DNA of 64,000 bases from Candidatus Hydrogenedentota bacterium (GTDB lineage: Bacteria; Hydrogenedentota; Hydrogenedentia; Hydrogenedentales; SLHB01), in the NCBI GenBank assembly GCA_963745075.1, contig CAVUWV010000027.1, positions 128,001 through 192,000 of the forward strand, given 5' to 3'. Under the pieces are notes generated by a model. That model saw only the letters and a program-made list of their open reading frames with translations, ran no database searches and was not told the origin of the DNA. Every line of letters starts with the position of its first letter. The first letter of the stretch is position 1. This document shows positions 9,390 through 19,900 of the stretch, piece after piece. A program made the translations under genes and the position numbers.

Positions 9390-11762
9390 GTGGGTGGTAT
9401 CGTGATGTTTCGCTTGTGTCTGCTTGTTACGGGGTGTTTGCTGCTGGCCGGTTCAACCGCGTTCGCAGCGGTTCCTTCGCTGGGGAACATCGCACCCCGA
9501 GGTGCTGCCCGGGGAGGCCAAGTCGAGGTCGAATTCCAGGGCTCCAATTTGCAGGACGCCGTGGATCTCATGTTCCACGACGCCGGCATCACGCTCGTCG
9601 AACTGACCCAGGAAGACAACAACAAAGTCAAGTGCAAACTGGATATTACACCGGATTGTCGCCTCGGAACCCACCCCATCCGCATCCGAACGAAAGGCGG
9701 CGTCTCCAATTTGAAGCTATTCAGTGTGGGCGCATTGCCAGAAATCAACGAAGACGAATCCAACAACAACGATGGTAAGTCGGCGCCCACCATTCCTATC
9801 GGAACTACCGTCAACGGCACAATTGGCGGCGAGGACGTGGACTATTTCGCGGTCGAACTGGCCGAAGGCGCCCGGTTGACCGCCGAAGTCGAGGCGATGC
9901 GTTTGGGCGGTCCGCTCTTCGATCCGAAGCTCCGCCTCTTCAGTCCGTCCGGCCACGAAATCATTGCGGAAGACGACACCGCCTTGTTAGCGCAAGACGC
10001 CGCGTTCGTCTATACCGGCGGCGAGGCTGGACGTTACGTCGTCGCCGTGAGCGAAGCGTCGTACGGTGGCGGTGGCGGGTTTTACTACCGCCTGCACGTC
10101 GGTCAGTTTCCGCGACCGATGATGGTATCGCCGTTGGGCGGACCCTCGGGCGGTCAGGTAAACGTGACGTGGCTGGGTGACCCCGCCCTCGCGGCACAAA
10201 CGGTGACCGCGCCGACTGCCGATGCCGGAACCGCGCTGCTGGAACCTGCGAGTGACGCGGGAGTTGCGCCGTCGCCCGTGCCGTTTCGTGTGAGCGACCT
10301 GCCCGAAACGATTGAGGCCGAGCCCAACAACGCACCCGATCACGCTACGGCCGGCACGGCCCCCGGAGCGTTCGACGGCGTTCTCGCGGAGCCGGGTGAC
10401 GAAGACTGGTATTCCTTTGATGGCGCCAAGGGTCAGGTCTACGACGTCCGGGTGTACGCGCGCGAAATGGGATCTCCGTTGGATAGCGTGCTCGTCGTGA
10501 ACAATCCGTCGGGCAGCCAACTCGCCGCGAACGACGACGGGGTTGGTATGGACAGTTTGGCCCGCATTGCGCTCGCCGAAGACGGCAAACACACTCTTCG
10601 CATACGCGACCAACTGGGCGGCGGTGGTCCGACCTACGCCTATCGGGTCGAAATCACCCCCGTGAAACCGGTATTAAGTTTTGGCTTCCTTGAAAACGAC
10701 GGCGCCGAACTCACGGTGCCCGCCGGGAATCGCGCCTTTACGATCGTGTCCGCGAAGCGATCCGATTTCGACGGTCCCCTGGCGGTGTCGGTTGAGGGAA
10801 TGCCCGAAGGTGTAACGGCCGACATGGACGAGTTTCCCGCCGGTCAAGCCACGATGCCTATGGTCGTCGAAGCAACGCCCGAGGCACCGGTAGCCGGTGC
10901 GTTGGCATCCTTTGCAGGCAAGGTGGACCAGGACGGCGCGGACGTGCAAGGCGGTATCGACTACCACGTCGAGTTAATCCACGGCAACAACAAGGTGGTC
11001 TTCTGGTATCAGACCGTGAACCGGCTGGCGACGGCCGTTGCCGATCCAATTCCGTTCAAGATCGATTTGGTCGTTCCCAAGGCGCCCATCGTCCAAAACG
11101 GTTCACGCCAGTTGAAAATCGTGGCCACGCGCGCCGAGGGGTTTAACGACAAGATTTCTCTGCGCATACCGTGGTTACCACCCGGGCTGGGAGCCGGTAC
11201 CGCGGAAATTCCCCCCGATGCCACGGAGACCACCATTCTGATCAACGCCAATAACAATGCGCCCGCCGGCACAAAACGGCTCGCCGTGGTGGGCTCGAGT
11301 GCGGGATACACCGTCAGCACCGCCTTGACGCCGGTGACGATCGAAGCGCCTTGGGTGACCTTCGACGTGACCAAGGCCGAAACGGAACAAGGAAAACCGG
11401 CCGAACTCGTCGTGAACGTCAACCAGGCCCAGGCGTTCGACGGCACGTACAAAGCCGAACTGCTCGGCCTTCCCAAGGGCGTGACGTCCCAGCCTTTGGA
11501 TGTGTCGAAGGATACGACGGAACTGAAATTTCCGCTCGACGTCGCGGCCGACGCACCGGCGGGCAAGTTCAAGGGCCTGTTCGTGCGGACGGTTCTCGTC
11601 AAAGAAGGCGAGGACGTCCTCCATCAATCCGGCGGCGGCGAACTGGCGATTTACAAGCCATTGCCCCCGGAACTAAAAGAAGCAGCGCCGCCGCCACCGA
11701 AACCGGAAGAAAAGAAACCAGACCAACCGAAGCGAAAGACGCGGTTCCCTACCACAACGTAA
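9390..11762 (+). CDS. Exported PPC (pre-peptidase C-terminal) repeat protein, no protease domain seen
   Basis: Signal peptide; repeated E-x-E-[SP]-N-N and DVDYF/DEDWY beta-sandwich motifs; Pro/Lys-rich C-terminal tail. Confidence 0.85.
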   Translation: MGGIVMFRLCLLVTGCLLLAGSTAFAAVPSLGNIAPRGAARGGQVEVEFQGSNLQDAVDLMFHDAGITLVELTQEDNNKVKCKLDITPDCRLGTHPIRIRTKGGVSNLKLFSVGALPEINEDESNNNDGKSAPTIPIGTTVNGTIGGEDVDYFAVELAEGARLTAEVEAMRLGGPLFDPKLRLFSPSGHEIIAEDDTALLAQDAAFVYTGGEAGRYVVAVSEASYGGGGGFYYRLHVGQFPRPMMVSPLGGPSGGQVNVTWLGDPALAAQTVTAPTADAGTALLEPASDAGVAPSPVPFRVSDLPETIEAEPNNAPDHATAGTAPGAFDGVLAEPGDEDWYSFDGAKGQVYDVRVYAREMGSPLDSVLVVNNPSGSQLAANDDGVGMDSLARIALAEDGKHTLRIRDQLGGGGPTYAYRVEITPVKPVLSFGFLENDGAELTVPAGNRAFTIVSAKRSDFDGPLAVSVEGMPEGVTADMDEFPAGQATMPMVVEATPEAPVAGALASFAGKVDQDGADVQGGIDYHVELIHGNNKVVFWYQTVNRLATAVADPIPFKIDLVVPKAPIVQNGSRQLKIVATRAEGFNDKISLRIPWLPPGLGAGTAEIPPDATETTILINANNNAPAGTKRLAVVGSSAGYTVSTALTPVTIEAPWVTFDVTKAETEQGKPAELVVNVNQAQAFDGTYKAELLGLPKGVTSQPLDVSKDTTELKFPLDVAADAPAGKFKGLFVRTVLVKEGEDVLHQSGGGELAIYKPLPPELKEAAPPPPKPEEKKPDQPKRKTRFPTTT

Positions 11763-11834
11763 GGAAACCGAGTGCTCATTTGATTGTCGCGGATAATTCG
11801 GTACGCGGGAAGACAACCAGACGAAGAGGTACTG

Positions 11835-14288
11835 ATGCGGATCGGGAAAAAGATTGTGATGGGTAAAGTGGCCGGGATATGCATCGCACTGGCGATGGTC
11901 TCGGTACCGGTTGCTCTTGGAGACACATTTGCGGTGTATCCATCGGGCGTACAACTCGACAATCAGCGCGACGCACAACGCATCGCCGCCGTCGCCACTC
12001 GCGACGACGGTGTCACGCTCGACCGGACATCCGAAGTCACCGTCGCCTTTGCCCAGGATGGTATCGCCGCATGGGACGCCGGGAAAGGCACCTTTACACC
12101 CGTCGCCGACGGCGAAACCACGGCGACCATCACCTATGGCGATCTTTCTGCATCGGTTCCCGTGAAAGTGCAGAACGCAGGCGTCAACCCCTCGCCGAGT
12201 TTTCGCAACGACATTGAACCCGCCATCATGAAAGCGGGCTGCAATACCGGCGCTTGTCACGGCAGCGCCCAAGGCAAGAACGGATTCCGGGTGTCCTTGT
12301 TCGGATTCGATCCTTCCATGGACTACATCAATCTGACGCGTGACAACCGCGCCCGCCGTCTCGATGCGGGCAACCCCGACGACAGCCTGATGTTGCGGAA
12401 GGCAACGGGCGACGTCGACCACGAAGGCGGTTCGCGCTTCAACCACGACAGCCCCTTGTACGCGACGATTCAACGCTGGATCGCCGAAGGGGCAAAGGAT
12501 GACGACGGCCCCCCCCCCGCCTTGACGGGTGTCGAGATCCTGCCCAAGTTGTCCGTGCTCGAAGGCAACGGCGCGCAGCAACGCTGCGTAGTGCGCGCGA
12601 CGTACTCGGACGGCACCGATCGCGACGTGACCAGCCTCGCGATCATGAGTTCCAGCGACGACTTGACCGTCGGGTTCGATTCCGACACCCAGGTCGCCAC
12701 CGCCGGCGATCGCGGCGAAGCGTACATCATGGCCCGCTTCGGCACCTTCGCGGTGGTGTCGCAGGTCATCGTGCTCCCGCAAGGCCTCACGATGGAATGG
12801 CCCTCAGACGCTGTCGCCGCAAATTACGTCGACGAAATGATCTTCGACAAGCTCAAGAAGCTGCGAATCCCGCCGGCGATCCGGTGTTCCGATGAAGTAT
12901 TTGTCCGGCGGGTATATCTGGATATTCTGGGCGCCTTGCCTACCATTGAAGAAACCCAAAGTTTTCTCGCGGACCAGAATGCGGACAAACGGGTACAGTT
13001 GGTGGACACACTCTTACAACGTCCGGAATTCACCGAGTTGTGGTCCATGAAATGGGCCGACTTGCTGCGGGTTCAGTCATCGGCTAACGTGATCGATCGC
13101 AAGGCCTTGTACCGTTACAACGATTGGCTTCGCCAATCCTTTACGCAAAACAAGCCTCTGGACCAACTGGTGCGCGAACTCCTGACGGCCCAGGGCGGAA
13201 ATTTCACGGCGCCGGCCACGAACTTCTACGTGGCCGAGCGCGATCCGAAGCAGATGGCCGAAAACGTCGCGCAGGTCTTTCTCGGAATCCAGATCAAATG
13301 CGCGCAATGCCACAATCATCCATTCGAACGTTGGACCATGGACGACTACTACTCGTTCGCAGCATTCTTTGCCCAAGTCGGTCAGAAGGGTTCGACGGAC
13401 CCGCGCGAGAAGATTACCTACGACAGCCGTTCCGGCGAAGTAAAGAACATCAAGAACGGCCAGGTCGCGCCGCCCAAGTTTCTCGGCGGGCCGGTTCCCG
13501 ACGTGAACGGCAAAGATCGTCGCGCCGTGTTGGCGGACTGGATCACGTCTCCGGACAACCCGTGGTTTGCGGCGTGTGTGGCCAACCGGGTCTGGGAACA
13601 GTTCTTGGGTAAGGGCATCACGGACCCGCCGGATGACGTGCGCGTGACCAACCCGCCCAGCCATCCGGAACTGCAAGCCATGCTGGCGTCGAAACTGAAA
13701 GAGTATAACTACGACCTCCGAAAGTTGGTGCGGGATATCTGCACGTCGTACACCTACCAGATGTCCACACAACCGCGCGATCCGAATATCAAAGACGACC
13801 GGAACTTCTCCCACGCGCTGGTCCGTCGTCTTCCGGCCGAAATTCTGCTCGACGCGATCAGCCAAGTTACCCTGACCAAGGTCAAGTTCCCGAGTCTGCC
13901 CCTCGGCGCCCGGGCCGTGGAAGTGGCCGACGGACCGTCCGGCAATTACTTCCTGTCGCTGTTTGGGCGTCCGGCGCGCGACACGGTATGCACCTGCGAA
14001 CGGCGAAGCGAGCCCACGCTGGCCCAAGTGCTCCATCTTGTCAACGGCGATACCGTCCAGGCCGCCCTCAAGTCGCAATCGGGTCGCCTCGAACAGTTGG
14101 CTGCCGCCGAGACGTCTCCGGAAGATGCCATCAACCAGGTCTGGCTGGCGGCGTACTCCCGTCAGCCAACCGATGACGAGAAGCAGAAAGTCGAAACGTA
14201 CATTGCGTCCGCGGACGACAAACGGGCGGCATTGGAAGACACATTCTGGAGCGTGCTGAATTCCAAGGAATTTATCTTCAATCACTAA
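11835..14288 (+). CDS. DUF1549/DUF1553 Planctomycete-type cytochrome c protein with Ig-like domains
   Basis: Signal peptide; CNTGACH and CAQCHNHPF; FVRRVYLDILGALPT, ANRVW, RRLPAE, WSVLNSKEFIFNH. Start uncertain (ORF track 11784; ATG 11835 follows GAGG). Confidence 0.9.
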   Translation: MRIGKKIVMGKVAGICIALAMVSVPVALGDTFAVYPSGVQLDNQRDAQRIAAVATRDDGVTLDRTSEVTVAFAQDGIAAWDAGKGTFTPVADGETTATITYGDLSASVPVKVQNAGVNPSPSFRNDIEPAIMKAGCNTGACHGSAQGKNGFRVSLFGFDPSMDYINLTRDNRARRLDAGNPDDSLMLRKATGDVDHEGGSRFNHDSPLYATIQRWIAEGAKDDDGPPPALTGVEILPKLSVLEGNGAQQRCVVRATYSDGTDRDVTSLAIMSSSDDLTVGFDSDTQVATAGDRGEAYIMARFGTFAVVSQVIVLPQGLTMEWPSDAVAANYVDEMIFDKLKKLRIPPAIRCSDEVFVRRVYLDILGALPTIEETQSFLADQNADKRVQLVDTLLQRPEFTELWSMKWADLLRVQSSANVIDRKALYRYNDWLRQSFTQNKPLDQLVRELLTAQGGNFTAPATNFYVAERDPKQMAENVAQVFLGIQIKCAQCHNHPFERWTMDDYYSFAAFFAQVGQKGSTDPREKITYDSRSGEVKNIKNGQVAPPKFLGGPVPDVNGKDRRAVLADWITSPDNPWFAACVANRVWEQFLGKGITDPPDDVRVTNPPSHPELQAMLASKLKEYNYDLRKLVRDICTSYTYQMSTQPRDPNIKDDRNFSHALVRRLPAEILLDAISQVTLTKVKFPSLPLGARAVEVADGPSGNYFLSLFGRPARDTVCTCERRSEPTLAQVLHLVNGDTVQAALKSQSGRLEQLAAAETSPEDAINQVWLAAYSRQPTDDEKQKVETYIASADDKRAALEDTFWSVLNSKEFIFNH

Positions 14289-14328
14289 GTGCGGCACACG
14301 GTGTCCCGAGGCAAGGAGGAATGCATCC

Positions 14329-14844
14329 ATGACTGAGTATCGAAGCCTTCGCGCGCTATTGGCGGCTGCAGTCGTTATCAGCGCGTTTAGCGGTATCGCT
14401 CTGGCCGAAGACGCGCCGGCCCCTGCCGCGCCGCCCGCAGAAGCGGCGCCGGCGCCCGCGCCGCCACCTGCCGAAGCGCCACCGGATCCCGCCGCGCAGG
14501 CCGACAAGGTGCTCGACGAACTCGCCAAGATCGGTCCGGATGCCCTGGCCGCTCGCTTGACCGGTTTGAAGGATGAGATGGCCAAGTTGACCGCCGAAGC
14601 GCAGAAGTTGCGGGAACAGGCGAACCAGTTGGAAGCGCAGGCAAATGCGTTGAACGCGCGCATGGCCGCTATGCAGGCATTCACGACGGCCATGGCGCCC
14701 CCTGCACCACCACCCGCGCCGCCTGCCGAACAGAAACCGGCGGAACAACCGCCCGCAGAGAAGCCCGCCGAGCAGCCCGCGCCGGCACCTGCGCCCGCGC
14801 CGGAGGCACCGGCGCCTGCACCTCCCGAACAACCCAAACAGTAG
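14329..14844 (+). CDS. Exported Pro/Ala-rich coiled-coil hypothetical protein
   Basis: AGGAGG RBS, signal peptide ending IALA, central heptad region flanked by PAPAP linkers; 8 nt from the next gene. Confidence 0.8.
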   Translation: MTEYRSLRALLAAAVVISAFSGIALAEDAPAPAAPPAEAAPAPAPPPAEAPPDPAAQADKVLDELAKIGPDALAARLTGLKDEMAKLTAEAQKLREQANQLEAQANALNARMAAMQAFTTAMAPPAPPPAPPAEQKPAEQPPAEKPAEQPAPAPAPAPEAPAPAPPEQPKQ

Positions 14845-14852
14845 GGGACGCA

Positions 14853-16694
14853 ATGACCATGAATCGACAAGTTCATATCTCCCGTGAGCGCGTAGCCCGG
14901 GTTTTACGACTGCGTGGCGCCCGTGCCGTGTGTCACTGGATCCTGGTCGGGGCGTTAACCTTCGGAATTGGGAGCGTTCCCGTGTATTCCGACCCGCCCG
15001 CACCGGAGGTCATCGATGCGGCAGTTGACAAGCTTCTCACCCTGGATCCCGCTGTGGTGAAGAGCCGCATGGATGAGTACAAGAAGCAATCCGAAAAACT
15101 CGCGGGTGACGCGGCCAAACTCAAACAGCAGGCCGAAGAATTGGACAAGAAAGCACAGGGTATCGCCGCGCAGCTCGAACAACTTAAGGCGGCGTCCGCG
15201 GCCTTGAATGCAGCCTTCGGCGGCGCAGAGGAAAAGGCAATGGCGAAAGCGGAGGTCCCGGCGCCCGCCCCCGCAGAGCCCGCAATGGAAATGAAAGAAG
15301 AAGCGGCGGCCAAACCGGCCGTGAATTACCAGGACAACATCCTGCCGATTCTTAAACAGCGGTGCGCCAAGTGCCACAACCTGGACAAGCGTCGTAGCGG
15401 CCTCGCCGTCGATACGTACGCGAACCTCATGGAAGGCGGCAGCTCCGGCGCCGTGATTACGCCCGGACAGCCCAGTGAAAGTCGCTTGTTCAAGCTGGTG
15501 AGCTGGCTCGAGGAGCCGAATATGCCGCCGTCCGGCGACCAATTGACGGCCGACCAACTTACCCTCATCGAGAAATGGATTGAACTCGGCGCACCGGCGG
15601 ATGCAAACGCTAAGGTCGCCATGAAAAAACAGGAAGAGCCGAAAGAGGACGCGGCAATCTTCGTCGCGGCGGAAATCGTTGATGGTCCGCCGCCCATGCC
15701 CGAAGCGCAACTGGCCGCACCGGCTCCCGAATTCGCCAAGTCGGTCGTTGCCCGGGCGGTAGCCACCAGCCCGCGCGCACCGCTGGCTGCCGTTGCAGGG
15801 TACCATCAGGTCCTCTTGTACGACCTCTCGAACTTCGCCTTGCTCGGCGCGCTTCCATTCCCGGAAGGTGACATCTACGCGATGACCTTCAGCGTGAACG
15901 GCGAAGTCCTCGTGGCCGGTGGCGGGATTGAAGGCGATTCGGGCCGCGTCGCAGTCTGGAACGTGCGCAAGGGTGAACGCGTCGGCACCTACGGCGACGA
16001 GTACGACTCCATCATGGCCGTTGACATCAGCCCCGACCATCGTATGCTTGCCCTTGGTGGGCCAAGCAAGGTGGTGAAGGTGTACTCCGTCGAGGATGGC
16101 TCGTTGCTGTACCGTCTGACCGACCATACCGACTGGATCTACGCGGTGAAATTCAGCCCCGATGGTGAACTGCTCGCGACTGCGGATCGTAGCGGCGGAT
16201 TATTGCTTTGGCAAGCCGCCAACGGACGCGCGGTGGAGGCATTGCGCGGCCACACCGATGCCATCCAGGATCTCGCGTACAGCGCCGATTCCACGTTGCT
16301 GGCGTCCGCGAGCAGCGATGGAACCGTGCGCCTTTGGGATACGTGGAAGTACAAGCAGATTCGATCCTTCAACGCCCACAGCGGTGGCGTATTGAGCGTC
16401 GACTTCAGCGCCAACAATGAACTCGTGACTACCGGCGTCGATAAACTAACCAAGCGTTGGAACACCTCCGGCAAAGAGTTGGCCAAATACCAGCCCTTGC
16501 ACGATTGGGGATACACGGCGCGGTTCGGCGCACAAGGGTCGCTGGTGTTGGCCGGTAGCTGGACCGGCCGCATCGCCGTCTGGGACGTGGCATCCGGCAA
16601 CCAGGTGGCCGAAGTGTATACCGCCCCGGCAACCGGCGATGGCAGCACGAAAGTTGCCGCAGCCGACAAACCCGCCGAATCCCCCGGCGCGTAA
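14853..16694 (+). CDS. Planctomycete cytochrome c domain + WD40 repeat protein
   Basis: VNYQDNILPILKQRCAKCH...MPP (heme site with Met ligand candidate), followed by GH...WD-type repeats (DHTDWIYAVKFSPDG, GHTDAIQDLAYSAD, VRLWD). Start may be further downstream. Confidence 0.9.
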   Translation: MTMNRQVHISRERVARVLRLRGARAVCHWILVGALTFGIGSVPVYSDPPAPEVIDAAVDKLLTLDPAVVKSRMDEYKKQSEKLAGDAAKLKQQAEELDKKAQGIAAQLEQLKAASAALNAAFGGAEEKAMAKAEVPAPAPAEPAMEMKEEAAAKPAVNYQDNILPILKQRCAKCHNLDKRRSGLAVDTYANLMEGGSSGAVITPGQPSESRLFKLVSWLEEPNMPPSGDQLTADQLTLIEKWIELGAPADANAKVAMKKQEEPKEDAAIFVAAEIVDGPPPMPEAQLAAPAPEFAKSVVARAVATSPRAPLAAVAGYHQVLLYDLSNFALLGALPFPEGDIYAMTFSVNGEVLVAGGGIEGDSGRVAVWNVRKGERVGTYGDEYDSIMAVDISPDHRMLALGGPSKVVKVYSVEDGSLLYRLTDHTDWIYAVKFSPDGELLATADRSGGLLLWQAANGRAVEALRGHTDAIQDLAYSADSTLLASASSDGTVRLWDTWKYKQIRSFNAHSGGVLSVDFSANNELVTTGVDKLTKRWNTSGKELAKYQPLHDWGYTARFGAQGSLVLAGSWTGRIAVWDVASGNQVAEVYTAPATGDGSTKVAAADKPAESPGA

Positions 16695-16717
16695 CGGCGA
16701 CTGCAAGACTCGTTTGA

Positions 16718-16758
16718 GCGGGGCACTCCATCGCGAGTCGCCCCGCCCGTTGCTTTTG
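16718..16758 (+). terminator. Putative intrinsic terminator
   Basis: GCGGGGCACTC/GAGT(C)GCCCCGC hairpin followed by a weak T-rich tract, 24 nt after the stop codon. Confidence 0.4.
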
Positions 16759-16851
16759 TGTTCTGCAAACGAGACGTGAGACGACTCTTGATCAAGAACG
16801 TCGTTCGGACCGTATCTCAGGCCGGCTCCCACGTCCTCGCATGTTTCTTCA

Positions 16852-16885
16852 GTCCCTGATGTCCCTGTTGTCTCTGTTGTCCCTT
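16852..16885. repeat. 9-nt tandem repeat (GTCCCTGAT/GTCCCTGTT-like)
   Basis: gtccctgat gtccctgtt gtctctgtt gtccct in the intergenic region. Confidence 0.7.
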
Positions 16886-16984
16886 TTTCTCTCGAATGAT
16901 CCTTCCCACCAGTCACCAAATCTCGTCCGGTGCCGTTAATCGAGTAGAGTGGTTGGTGCGACCCACGATGAGGAGCCTTGAACG

Positions 16985-19900
16985 ATGTCACCATCCGACG
17001 CAATGCTGATGGACCGTTGGCGCCGCCGATCCGACGCTGAAGCATTTGCCGAGATCGTAGGACGGCACGTCGGCATGGTCTACGGCACCTGCCGGCGCTT
17101 GCTCGGCGACAGCGAGGCCGAAGACGTGGTCCAGGAATGTTTTATCAAACTGAGCCAATCGGAACTGCGCCACGGTCAGGCGATCGGAGGTTGGTTGCAC
17201 CGGGTCGCGACGAATGCGTGCCTCGACCGACTGCGCGCGACGCAACGGCGCCAGCAGCGCGAAGAGGCCTTCGCCACGCGACCCCGCCAGAGCGAAATCA
17301 GTTGGGACGACCTCCAGGAGCACGTCGACGAGGCCGTAGCGGCATTGCCGGACGATCTGCGGTTGCCCATCATCTACCACTTTCTCGAAGGCCGCACGCA
17401 TCAGGACGTGGCGCGCGACTCTCGGCATGACGCGTTCCGGCGTGACCCGCCGCATCCAGCGCGGAATCGAGGCCATTCGCACAACACTCAAACAGCGCGG
17501 CGTCATCACTGGGTTCGGCGACGCTTGCCGGCCTGCTTGCCGCGAACGCCGCCGAAGCTGCGCCCGCCGCGACTACTGCGGCGCTCGCTAAGCTTGCCCT
17601 GGCCGGGACGGGTGCGAAAATCGCCGTGGCAGGCGCGGGATGGACAAGTCTCGTGGGTGGTAAAACCGTTGTAGCGGTGGCGACGCTGGCGCTGGCGGTT
17701 GGTGTTGGCACTTGGTACGTCGCCAACCGAATGCCAACCGCTGCGACCACGAATTCGACGAACGACACGTCGACGCCGCCTGCGGCCCCGGAGCGGCTCG
17801 CCCAAGCGGATGGTGAGCCCGCCTCCGAAGTGTCCAAGGATGAAGAGCCGGGCATACACGGAGTTGTGCTGAGCGCAGGCGGCTATCCGCGGCCGGACAT
17901 CCAGTTTCTCAGGAACTACCCGGACGATCTTTGGCACGGTCCGCAGTCCGACGTGAATGGGCGGTTCACCCTGCCCTTGGACGCGGCCGGGACCAAGTGG
18001 GTGGCCTACTCGCATGTCTTCAACCGGGCGGCGCTCTTCACCGTGCCGCAAACAACACAGGACAAACCATTTCAAGTAATCCTCGAATATGACGTTTCGC
18101 GCTTCTATGGCCGCGTGGTCGATACGACGGGCAAAGGGGTGCCGTTGACTCACGTCGAAGTATGCGCCACGACGACCGCCGGCGAGCAATACGGTTTGGG
18201 ACTTTACCCAGCGGACATGAATGGCTATTACCAGACCTCAGACCTTCCGGTTGGGGAAGGTCTTATTCTTGAAACGCGCGTCGTGCCCCCCGGTGAGGAA
18301 TCCCCGGGTGAATGGTCGAAACCGACTGTACTGACGGATCCGCCACACCGTCTCATACTGCCGACCTTAACCGTTTCCGAAACGACGGCGCAGAACATTC
18401 TCAAAAACCAGAAACTCGAAGGTCATCGTAAACAAATGATGAGCGACCTGTTGGGCCATCCAAGTTCCGACCAATATGGAGGGGTTATCCAGGACCCCGA
18501 GCGCAACCCGGTCGTTGGCGCTATGGTTGAGGTCATGTACCACCTGCGAGAAGGATTTGTGGAATCCGCGTATGCGGCAACGGACGAAGAAGGCCGTTGG
18601 AGTGTTTGGTTGCCCGCGAACCTCAGTCAAGCTGACTTGCGGATCCAACACGCGGATTATGTCGGGTCCGTGCTTGCCAGGCCCTTCGAGAGCCCGCCCC
18701 TCGAACGGATGAAGGATGGAACGGCCGTTACCACCTTGGCACATGGTCTATCGGTATTTGGTTCCGTCCGCGACAGCGCAGGCGATCCCGTCGGAGATGC
18801 GCTTATCCTACCCCATACCTTATACGGATCGAACGCAGGCGGGCCCGAGCCCACCGCGAACGCCCCGATCGAGGACCGGTACAGTGTCCGAACCAAAGTA
18901 GACGGAACGTTCACGGTCACCGGATTGCCCGAAGGCGAGCGGAAGCTGCAAATCTGCGCGAACGGGTTCGCGCCGTGCATTCAGGCACTCGATGTTCAGC
19001 CCAATACGCCGCCCATCGACGTCGAACTGAATGAAGGCGGCACAATCGTTGGCCGTATTGTCGATATGGGTGGCGAACCGCTGCCAGGGGCTTACGTCTA
19101 CGGTTCGGAATGGCGAATGGACCGGCAATATAGGTTCTCGGCGCACGCGCATGCGGACGGTGAGGGCCGCTTTGTTCTACGTCACGTGCCGTTGGCAGGT
19201 ATCATCGAGTTCTCGTTCGGCGTGGATCGCGAGAGCACCGATCGCAAGTTCCTTGGCATGTCGAGCGACGTGCTCGTTCCGCGTGAAGAGCCCTACAACA
19301 TCGTGATGTATGAGCCGCCCCTCTTCGAAGGCACGGTGCTCGACGATGCCACCGGCGAGCCGGTCACCAAATATCGTGTCAGAACCGGATGGTACATACC
19401 GGACATGGACATCAATTATTGGAACAGCATGGGACGCACCAACGACATCAACGATGAGAAAGGGCAGTTCTCCGTGCGCGTGAGCGGATTTCATGCGAAC
19501 TGGCCCAGCGCAACGCCGTTCGTGGCCGGCATTTTCGCGGATGGCTATCTCCCGGCCGTCACTCCTACTCAGAGGCTGGGGGAGAAGGCCGAACCTGCCG
19601 AGATTCGCCTCACACGCGGCGAGCCATGGACCGGCACCGTACGCCACGCGGACGGGACGCCCGCGACCGGCGCGAAAGTCGCCTGGCTCGGCCATGGTCG
19701 GAAGGCATTTATCGTGAACGGCCAAATGGAGTCGCGGTACGTCGCCGCCGCCGACGTGATGGACGATACCGATTCCCAGGGCCGCTTCGAGCTTCCTCCG
19801 GCTCTGGGGCCCGCATTCGTGCTTGCCACGCACGCCGATGGCTACGCCTGGGCCACTTCGGATGCATTGCGGCGCGGCGATGCGCTCACACTCATCCCTT

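Noticed and set aside
13077..14876. Long antisense ORFs (13077-14876, 21259-23187, 48913-51021, 60617-61954 and similar)
   Set aside because: They mirror well-supported genes on the opposite strand, as expected from high-GC codon bias, and show no recognisable motifs.
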